This document shows positions 56,856-64,000 of a DNA stretch of 64,000 nt, piece after piece; positions within the stretch are counted from its first letter, which is position 1; the number at the start of each line of letters is the position of its first letter. The position numbers and the translations under genes were made by a program. Under the pieces are notes generated by a model. That model was not told where the DNA came from and did not search any database. It was given only the letters and a program-made list of their open reading frames with translations. The stretch is taken from positions 448,001-512,000 of the forward strand of contig CAWDML010000009.1 in NCBI GenBank assembly GCA_963803435.1. Direction: 5' to 3'. This DNA comes from an uncultured delta proteobacterium (GTDB lineage: Bacteria > Myxococcota > Kuafuiibacteriia > Kuafuiibacteriales > Kuafuiibacteriaceae).

Positions 56856-57847
56856 ATGCAGCGAATCGTCAGCTCAGCCGCTCGACCGCGCGGCGCCTGC
56901 TCGAGGGCGTGGGCCGCGCGCGTGTCCTCGTCACCGGCGACGTGATCCTGGACGAATACATGATGGGCGGCGCGTCCCGCCTCAGCCCCGAGGCGCCCGT
57001 GCCGGTCGTCGAGGTGGACGAGGTGCGCGTGTTCCCCGGCGGCGCGGCCAATGTGGCGCTCGGGAGCTCGCGGCTGGGCGCATCGACGCTCTTGATCGGG
57101 GTCGTCGGTGACGACGCCGACGGCGCCCGGCTGGCGGCGCTGCTCGAGGGCGAGCCCCACCTCGAGACCGTGTTCCTGGTGGACCCGAGCCGGCCGACGA
57201 CCCGGAAGAGCCGGGTCGTCGCCAGCGGGCAGCAAATCGTGCGCTTCGATCACGAGGTCCGCCGTCCGCTCGACGCAGAGGTCGCGGGGCGCGTGGCCGC
57301 CGAGCTGGAGCGTCGCCTCACGGAGAACCTCGGCGCGGTGATCCTCTCCGACTACCAGAAGGGCGTGCTGTGCCCGACCGTGCTCCGCGCCGCGATCGAG
57401 ACGGCGAAGGCTCGCGAGGTCCCCTGCGTGGTCGACCCGAAGCTGAGAGACTTCCGCGCGTACCGCGGTGCCAGCGTGATCACGCCGAACCTCCTCGAGG
57501 CCTATGCGGCGACGGGCGCCGATCCCGGGACACCCACGCCGGTCCTCCTGAGAGCGCTGATGGCGCTGCTCGATGGCACCTCCGTGGTGATCACCGAGGG
57601 CGAGGCCGGGATGACGCTCCAGTCGCCGGGCGAGGATCCGCTGCATGTGTTTCCGCGGCTCCGGCCGGTGTTCGATCGGACTGGCGCGGGCGATACCGTG
57701 GTGGCGGTGCTCTCGGCCGCGCTGGCCGGCGGCGCCGAGCTGCGCGAGGCCGCCGAGCTGGCGAACGTCGCGGCCGGAGTGGCGGTCAGCAAGCCCGGGA
57801 TCGTCGCGATCCACGCCGACGAGATCCTCGAAGAGCTCGAGGATTGA
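56852..57847 (+). CDS. Heptose-7-phosphate kinase (HldA/RfaE-I, PfkB family)
   Basis: GDVILDEY, RLSPEAPVPV, GGAANVA, SDYQKG, VDPK, TPN, DRTGAGDT. Confidence 0.9.
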   Translation: MNAANRQLSRSTARRLLEGVGRARVLVTGDVILDEYMMGGASRLSPEAPVPVVEVDEVRVFPGGAANVALGSSRLGASTLLIGVVGDDADGARLAALLEGEPHLETVFLVDPSRPTTRKSRVVASGQQIVRFDHEVRRPLDAEVAGRVAAELERRLTENLGAVILSDYQKGVLCPTVLRAAIETAKAREVPCVVDPKLRDFRAYRGASVITPNLLEAYAATGADPGTPTPVLLRALMALLDGTSVVITEGEAGMTLQSPGEDPLHVFPRLRPVFDRTGAGDTVVAVLSAALAGGAELREAAELANVAAGVAVSKPGIVAIHADEILEELED

Positions 57848-57850
57848 GCC

Positions 57851-58771
57851 TCACTCCAGATCCTTCCCCAGCACCCCGAGGCGGAGGAGCGGCAGCAGCA
57901 TCTCGTGGTGGCCGGTGATGTCGAGCCCCTTGCCGCCGGTCGGTCGATCCAGCACGTTCACCCGCGGCCGGTAGTGCCGGATCATGTCGAGGTTCGCCGC
58001 CGTGAACTGGCGTGGGCCCCCGCTCAGGTTGCGGCTGATCGTGAGCGCCTTGAGGAAGACCTCCGGCAGCACGACGGCGCTCCCCACGTTGATCCAGACC
58101 CCGTCCTCGAGCCCCTCGAGCGTCGCGGCCAGGCTCCGGAAGTCGCGGAGCGTGCTCTCGCCCAGCGCCGCGCCGTCGAGCTCGGGGTGCATGTGGACGA
58201 TGTCGGCCCCGATCGCGACGTGGACGGTCACGGGGAGGTCGAGCCGGGCGCCCGCAGCCAGCACGCTCTCGGCGGCGTGCGGCAGCGCGAGCATCCGCCG
58301 GCCGAAGGCGCGACCGAGGCCCTCGCCCTCATCGCAAGCTGCCTTGCAGGCATCCGCGAAGGCCTGCGCGGTCTCCTCCGCCATCCCGAAGGAGCCGTCC
58401 TCCAGGCTGGTGCGCACGTCCTCCGAGGTCGCGCCGATCGACGCCAGCTCGAAGTCGTGCACCGCCCCCGCCCCGTGCATCGCGATCGCCTTGAGCACGC
58501 CGCGCTCCATCAGGTCCACGAGCGTGGGCCCGAGCCCGACCTTGAGCACGTGCGCTCCGATCGACATGCCGACGAGCGCCCCGCCTCTCCAGGCGCGATG
58601 GACCGCCTCCACGAGCGATCGGAACGAGCGCGCCCCCAGAAAGTCGGGCCAGGCGCAGATCATCTCCCAGTGGGCGAGCGAAGGCTCGAGGAGCGTCCCG
58701 AACTGCCTCCGATCGACGAGGTTCGTCCGCTCGGCCAGCGGGTAGCGGGTCAGCTCGTCCAGCGTCTTCAT
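57851..58771 (-). CDS. Conserved hypothetical protein, possible deoxyhypusine-synthase-like fold
   Basis: GAHVLKVGL, HDFELA..TSEDV..GSFG, TVHVAIGADIVHMH, GSAVVLPEVFLKA, GHHE. Fold is inferred. Confidence 0.6.
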   Translation of the reverse strand: MKTLDELTRYPLAERTNLVDRRQFGTLLEPSLAHWEMICAWPDFLGARSFRSLVEAVHRAWRGGALVGMSIGAHVLKVGLGPTLVDLMERGVLKAIAMHGAGAVHDFELASIGATSEDVRTSLEDGSFGMAEETAQAFADACKAACDEGEGLGRAFGRRMLALPHAAESVLAAGARLDLPVTVHVAIGADIVHMHPELDGAALGESTLRDFRSLAATLEGLEDGVWINVGSAVVLPEVFLKALTISRNLSGGPRQFTAANLDMIRHYRPRVNVLDRPTGGKGLDITGHHEMLLPLLRLGVLGKDLE

Positions 58772-60003
58772 GCGGCCCTCACCCGGGACAGCGCGGCTTC
58801 GACCTCACGGTAGACATGGTCCACCGTGATGGCCTGCATGCAGCGGTTGTTCGTGCACGGCGAGAAGCGGTGGTTGTAGGGGCTGACGCAGGGGCTGCAG
58901 GCGAGCCCGGCCCAGAGCACGTGCCGGTTCTCGCCGAGCGGCCCGAACAGCTGCGGCGTCTCCGGGCCGAACAACACGATGTTGTGGATGTCCGTCATGG
59001 ACGCGAAGTGGCCCGGACCGCTGTCGTTGGTGATCAGCACGTCGGCGATCGCGTAGAGGACCAGCACCTCGCGGAGCGTGGTCGCCCCTGCGAGCGAGAC
59101 CGCGCGGTCGGAGCCGATCTCGCGGCAGACCGCCTCGGCGCCCGCGCGCTCCGAGGGCGCCCCGGTGATGACCAGCGTGGCGTCGGGTTGCCGCGCGATG
59201 ATGCGCCGCCCCAGCTCGATGAAGCGCTCGGTCGGCCACATGCGGATCGGCAGCAGATCGCCAGTGTTGGGGTTCAGCACCACCAACTTGCCCTCGCGGC
59301 CGCGGCCCACGCCGCCGTCGATCAGGGCTCGAACCCGCGCCTTCTCCTCCTCGGTGGGGACGAAGCGCGGGCGCTCTTCGTCGGAGCGGTCGGTCCGGAT
59401 CTTGAGCAGCGGCAGGTCGTGCGGATCCTGGTCGAGCGCCTCCACCAGGTTGCTGTAGGCCTGCGAGGTGTGCAGGTACGGGTTGTACTGCACGCGATGG
59501 GTCATGAGGTCGCCGCGGTACGGTCCCTCGGCGGTGAAGCGGTGGAGGCCCACCCGCCAGCTGGCGCCCGTCAGGTACGCCAGGATCGCCGGCGCCCGGG
59601 CCATCAGCTCCATGTCGACGACCGTGTCGATTCCGAGCCGGCGGATCCGCGCCAGCGCCCGCAGCGCGTCCAAGAGGAAGACCGGCAGCGTGTCGTGCCG
59701 GATCTCGATCACGTTCTCGGGCGGGATCAGCCCCAGGATGTCGATGATCGGCCGGTTCTCCCTGAAGACGCAGAAGTACACGTTGTCCCGCCCCACCCGC
59801 GCCACCGCGCGCCGGATGGCGGGCGCGGCGAGGACGGTCGCCCCCTGCTCGATCAGCTTGAGAAACAGGACCTTCGTGGGCTCCACCGGCGATCCCCGCG
59901 GCGTCGGGGAGGTCATCTCCGCGAGTCGCCGATGGAGGGTCAGCAGGTAGCAGAGGATGCTGCCGAAAAATGCGTCGATCCGTTTGATTGTCTCTTTCGT
60001 CAA
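58768..60003 (-). CDS. GT9 (ADP-heptose-type) glycosyltransferase
   Basis: WPTERF, ITNDSGPGHFA, LFGPETP, CSPC..C..C. Confidence 0.85.
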   Translation of the reverse strand: MTKETIKRIDAFFGSILCYLLTLHRRLAEMTSPTPRGSPVEPTKVLFLKLIEQGATVLAAPAIRRAVARVGRDNVYFCVFRENRPIIDILGLIPPENVIEIRHDTLPVFLLDALRALARIRRLGIDTVVDMELMARAPAILAYLTGASWRVGLHRFTAEGPYRGDLMTHRVQYNPYLHTSQAYSNLVEALDQDPHDLPLLKIRTDRSDEERPRFVPTEEEKARVRALIDGGVGRGREGKLVVLNPNTGDLLPIRMWPTERFIELGRRIIARQPDATLVITGAPSERAGAEAVCREIGSDRAVSLAGATTLREVLVLYAIADVLITNDSGPGHFASMTDIHNIVLFGPETPQLFGPLGENRHVLWAGLACSPCVSPYNHRFSPCTNNRCMQAITVDHVYREVEAALSRVRAA

Positions 60004-60028
60004 ACGCCGGTACTCGACGCGCGAAGCT

Positions 60029-61597
60029 ATGGCTTGCCCGCCTGAGCGTCAAGCTGACCGCCGACGAGCTACGGTCGGGATCGGGCTGGCGATCGGCCTC
60101 GGCGTCTTCTTCCGCTTCTATCACCTCGAGGAGAAGCTCCTCTGGCACGACGAGCTCGCCACCCGCGTGTTTGCGGCGGGCTACACCGTCGAGGAGTGGA
60201 AGAAGGAGCTCTTCACCGGCGAGATCTTCGACGTCTCCGAGGTGCAGAAGTATCAGCACAACAACCCGGACCGGAGCGTCGTGGACGCGATCGTCGAGCT
60301 GGCCGAGAACGATCCCCAGCACCCGCCGCTGTACTACGCGCTCACCCGGATCTGGGAGACCCTCTTCGGCGATGCCATCGGAACGCTCCGGTCGCTCTCG
60401 GTGATCTTTGGGCTCCTCTGCCTGCCCGCGATCTTCTGGCTGGCGATGGAGCTGTTCGAATCGCGGCGCGCGGCCTGGATGAGCGTCGTGTTCCTCAGCC
60501 TCTCTCCGTTCTTCGTCCTCTACGCCCAGGAGGCGCGGGAGTACGCGCTCTGGACGCTGCTCGCGCTGCTCTCGAACGCCTGCCTGCTCCGCGCGATCCG
60601 GCGCACCGAAGAAGGGCCTGGGCGCGCAGTCCTCGAGTGGGGGCTCTACGCGCTGATCACGATCCTCTCGCTGTACACCTCGTTCTCCACCGTCTCGATG
60701 ATGGTGGCGCAGGTCGTCTATCTCTGCCTCCGCGAGCGGCGACCCACGCGCGTGGCCGTCTCCTCGTTCCTGGCCCTGGCCGTCGCGTCGTTCGCCTTCC
60801 TCCCCTGGGTGGTCACGCTGCTCGAGCACTACGAGGCGTTTCAGATCTCGATGAGGTGGTCCCGCGAGATCGTGATCCCGCGGGCCGCGCTGCTGCGGAT
60901 CCTGGGCCACAACACCAGCCGCACCATCGTCGACTTCTTCCCGGAGATCGTCGACGGCGTCGGCTATCTGGTCATGAGCCTGGCGGTGACGCTGGTAGTC
61001 TTCTCGATCGTCTTCCTGGTCCGACGCGCGCGACCCTGGGCGAGCGGTCTGGTGCTGGTGCTCATCTTCGTCCCGATCGGCATGCTCCTGGTGCCCGATC
61101 TCCTGTACGGCGGGATCCGCTCGATCTCGATGCGCTACCTCACGCCCTCCTGGCTCGGCGTGGTCCTCGCGCTCGCGTTCCTCTTCGAGGAGCGATCGTG
61201 GCGCGCGCTCCCCGTGCTGGCCTTCTCGATCGCCAGCTGCGCGGTGAACGCGGAGACGGTGGCGGTCTGGACCAAGGCGACGAGCGTGCTGCTCCCGGAG
61301 GTCGCTGCCACGATCAACAGCGCGCCGGCGCCGCTCCTGGTGGGGAACCTGGAGCGGCACAACCCGGGGAACCTGATGGCGCTGAGCATCCTGTTGAAGC
61401 CGGGCACGAAGATGCAGTTCCTCCCGGTGAAGAAGGAGGAGCACTGGGTGCTCCCGCGGCAATTCGGAAGCGTCTTCCTCTTCAGCCCCATCCCCGACTA
61501 TCGCGAGAACATGGAGGTCCGCGAGCACGTGAGGACCCGCATGCTGCTCGCGGATCACTTCCTCGAGCTCTGGCAGATCGACCTACCGGATCACTGA
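60029..61597 (+). CDS. GT-C (PMT/ArnT-like) membrane glycosyltransferase
   Basis: LWHDE, HPPLYY, LRSLSV, YAQEAREYAL, multiple TMs. Confidence 0.85.
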   Translation: MACPPERQADRRRATVGIGLAIGLGVFFRFYHLEEKLLWHDELATRVFAAGYTVEEWKKELFTGEIFDVSEVQKYQHNNPDRSVVDAIVELAENDPQHPPLYYALTRIWETLFGDAIGTLRSLSVIFGLLCLPAIFWLAMELFESRRAAWMSVVFLSLSPFFVLYAQEAREYALWTLLALLSNACLLRAIRRTEEGPGRAVLEWGLYALITILSLYTSFSTVSMMVAQVVYLCLRERRPTRVAVSSFLALAVASFAFLPWVVTLLEHYEAFQISMRWSREIVIPRAALLRILGHNTSRTIVDFFPEIVDGVGYLVMSLAVTLVVFSIVFLVRRARPWASGLVLVLIFVPIGMLLVPDLLYGGIRSISMRYLTPSWLGVVLALAFLFEERSWRALPVLAFSIASCAVNAETVAVWTKATSVLLPEVAATINSAPAPLLVGNLERHNPGNLMALSILLKPGTKMQFLPVKKEEHWVLPRQFGSVFLFSPIPDYRENMEVREHVRTRMLLADHFLELWQIDLPDH

Positions 61598-64000
61598 ATC
61601 CACTTCGCGCTCTTCCTCCAGTCCCGATCCTCCTCGGAGGCGAACAACGACTGGAGGCGCGAGAGGAGCTGGGGCAGCGGCGCAGGATACCAGCGGGAGA
61701 TCGAGACGGAGCGCAGCTCGGCGGTCGCCGGGACACTCGCTTCGGTGAACGGGCCCGCCAGCTCCTCGCTGCAGCACGGCCAGAGGTTCGCGTGGAGGCG
61801 CATCGGGAGGTGCGGGATCGGCGTGGGGCGTCCCTCGTGGCGGACGTGGACCAGCTTGTCGTCGACGAACCAGCGGATCTCCTCCTTCTCCCACTCGATC
61901 GCGAAGCGGTGGAAGTCGAGGGAGGCGTCGAAGCCGAGGTCGACCAGCACCGGCGTCCCGCGCAGCCCGTAGTTGTACAGGTCTCCCTCTTCACCCGGGT
62001 TGTAGTAGACGTTGACCAGCAGCTTGGTCGGATCGCGACCGAGGATCTCGGCGTCGATCTCCTGCCAGGGATCGAAGCGATAGAGGAAGAACGCCGTGAT
62101 CATCCCGGAGCCCTTCGCGGGCTTCATCTCGATCTCGAACCGACCATACTGGTACTGGGCGTCGGGATCGGTCTTGGTGGCGATGGAGCCGGAGCTGTAG
62201 CCCTTGTCGCCGTTGCCTCCCTTCGCCAGCTCGAGCTTCATCCCCTCGCCGGGCACGGAGATCGCATGGTCCGGGGAGAAGACGGCCAGGTTGCAGAAGA
62301 ACGTGGAGTCGAGCCGATCCCAGAACGCGAGGTCGGGCGTCCCCAGGTCCTCCTTGCGCTCGAGCTTGAACGTCCCGGTCCGTACGGCCTGCTCGGTGCC
62401 CTGGTCGGTGCAGTAGCCCTTGAGCCGCTTGGCCGGCACGATCCAGGGCTCGCCGTCGTGCTCGAGCACCTGGCAGCGACCGCGCGCCACGGGGATGCGG
62501 CTCCCGGGCTCGTACAGCACACCCACGCAGAAGAGGCCCAGCAGGGTGGTGCCGATGATCAGGCGGGAAGGTCTCCTCAACAGCGCCGCGAGCATACTCC
62601 GACCGGACGAGAGGAGGGGACCGAAGCGCCAACTTTCCTCGATGTGGAGCGCGGGGAGCAGGGTCATCGGGTCTGCCGCGCTCAGGAGGGAGGCCGGCGC
62701 CGCACGCGACACCGGCCGCCAGCGCGCGCGCGAGGTCACCCAGTCGGCGATGCCGAGCAACACGCCGCACAGGTCCAGAAAGAACGCGAACGGGTAGGTC
62801 ACCACGACAGCGAGGAACGTCCCCAGGCTCAGCTGGCGGAAGCCGATCAGCCCGATCAGGAGCACGATCAGCGGCGCCGAGAGTCCGACCAGCCCGATCG
62901 CCTGGAGCGCCTCCGGGATCTGCAGCGAGGCCCGCGAGAGATCGCGGACGATGACCGCCTGAAGGAAGTTCATCGAGATCACGACGGCGGGCGCGAGCCA
63001 CCCGAAGACGACGACCACATCGGACACGCGCCAGGCGGCCTCGCTGGTCCGCTGGGTGTACGCGATGCGGGCCGCCAGCGTCAGGCTCAGGAGCCCCGCC
63101 GCGAGCTGGGACGTCGGCGAGAGCGAGCGGACGAAGACCAGCCCGATCGCCAGGTGAAGGATGAAGACGAACGCGGCGACCAGGTAGTGCGCGCCGTGAT
63201 AGACGAACTGGATCCGCTCCTTCATGGAGATCGGCGCGGTGCCCAGCAGCCGCAGGTGTCGGAAGAAGGCGCTGGTGTGACCGTTGGACCAGCGGCGCCG
63301 CCGCGCGAGGAAGCTGTAGAGATCCGGTGAGGTCTCCTCGCACGAGCCGCTGTACGGGTTGTCGATGATGCGCACGCCCTCGAGGAGGATTGTGTAGCTG
63401 AAGTCGACGTCCTCGGTGATGCACTCGCTGAGCGGATGCTCGCGCAGGAGCTCCGTCTCCATCAGCGCAGTCGTCCCCGTGAAGAAGACCGTGAGGCCCT
63501 GGCGCGCGAACGCCAGGTTGAACAGCTCGCATCCGATGTGCTGATGGAGCGAGTCCCAGAGCTGGTAGAACCCGCGCGCCGACAGCGGACCCCGCCGGCC
63601 CTGGATGATCCGCGCGCCTCGCTCGAACAACAGGGCGACCGAGGTCCTCACCCAGTCCCGGTCCGCCTGGTGGTCAGCGTCGAGGATCCCCACGTACTTC
63701 TGGGTCAGTCGCCGCGTCATCCAGTTGATCTTGTCACTCTTGGCGTTGGTCCCGGTGAACGCGAGCACCACGCTCCGCCGCTCCGAGTGCTCCAGCTCGA
63801 TCATCGAGCCGTCGAAGTCGGCGTCGGGATAGATCGAGCGCAGCAGCGGAACCGAGGTGTCCGACCGATCCTTGACCAGGAGATAGATCTCGATCGGACC
63901 TCGGTGGTCCTGGCGGAGGAGGGAGTTGATCGCCCGGAGCGCGCGCTCGGCCTCGTTCTTGGCGGGGATCAGGATCGCGACGGCGTCGTCGGGGGCGCCG
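61591..64000 (-). CDS. Processive-type GT2 fused to a GH16 beta-glucanase domain; 5' end beyond the window
   Basis: IPAKNE, LDAD, FTGT, TED, RRRRW and TM helices, then YGRFEIEMKPAKGSG..FFLY..WQEIDAEILGRDPTK, GFDASLDFH. Confidence 0.85.
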   Translation of the reverse strand, partial: GAPDDAVAILIPAKNEAERALRAINSLLRQDHRGPIEIYLLVKDRSDTSVPLLRSIYPDADFDGSMIELEHSERRSVVLAFTGTNAKSDKINWMTRRLTQKYVGILDADHQADRDWVRTSVALLFERGARIIQGRRGPLSARGFYQLWDSLHQHIGCELFNLAFARQGLTVFFTGTTALMETELLREHPLSECITEDVDFSYTILLEGVRIIDNPYSGSCEETSPDLYSFLARRRRWSNGHTSAFFRHLRLLGTAPISMKERIQFVYHGAHYLVAAFVFILHLAIGLVFVRSLSPTSQLAAGLLSLTLAARIAYTQRTSEAAWRVSDVVVVFGWLAPAVVISMNFLQAVIVRDLSRASLQIPEALQAIGLVGLSAPLIVLLIGLIGFRQLSLGTFLAVVVTYPFAFFLDLCGVLLGIADWVTSRARWRPVSRAAPASLLSAADPMTLLPALHIEESWRFGPLLSSGRSMLAALLRRPSRLIIGTTLLGLFCVGVLYEPGSRIPVARGRCQVLEHDGEPWIVPAKRLKGYCTDQGTEQAVRTGTFKLERKEDLGTPDLAFWDRLDSTFFCNLAVFSPDHAISVPGEGMKLELAKGGNGDKGYSSGSIATKTDPDAQYQYGRFEIEMKPAKGSGMITAFFLYRFDPWQEIDAEILGRDPTKLLVNVYYNPGEEGDLYNYGLRGTPVLVDLGFDASLDFHRFAIEWEKEEIRWFVDDKLVHVRHEGRPTPIPHLPMRLHANLWPCCSEELAGPFTEASVPATAELRSVSISRWYPAPLPQLLSRLQSLFASEEDRDWRKSAKWIQ

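Noticed and set aside
175-63330. Many long antisense or alternate-frame ORFs (e.g. 175..1278, 36808..39078, 49252..51861, 58805..61558, 60196..63330)
   Set aside because: Shadow ORFs typical of high-GC DNA; they overlap motif-supported genes and lack motifs of their own.

Overview
High-GC window (Myxococcota-like by gene content: many lipoproteins, an ECF sigma/caspase module, a mevalonate-type HMG-CoA reductase; taxonomy is inferred). The main structure is a ~21 kb hopanoid biosynthesis, modification and export locus (25125-46315) bracketed by two inverted copies of a two-part mobile unit (22519-25124 and 46316-48683). Each unit is a decayed IS1182-family element with ~70-90 bp repeat-rich terminal inverted repeats and a four-helix-bundle passenger gene, plus an intact IS630 sitting in the CTAG at the same end. 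The locus contains an apparent HMG-CoA reductase/squalene synthase fusion, shc, hpnH, hpnA, hpnG, hpnN, hpnM, TolC and several glycosyltransferase/flippase-like genes. Left of it are lipoproteins, an ECF sigma/anti-sigma/caspase module and a pseudokinase-STAS-GGDEF/EAL module. Right of it are NhaC, asnB, an ADP-heptose cluster with an HldC-GmhA fusion, and a GT2-GH16 fusion running off the window end. Many single-base frameshifts suggest uncorrected assembly indels, so pseudogene and fusion calls need read-level checks. No rRNA, tRNA or CRISPR array was recognised. All family calls come from motif recognition by eye, not database searches.
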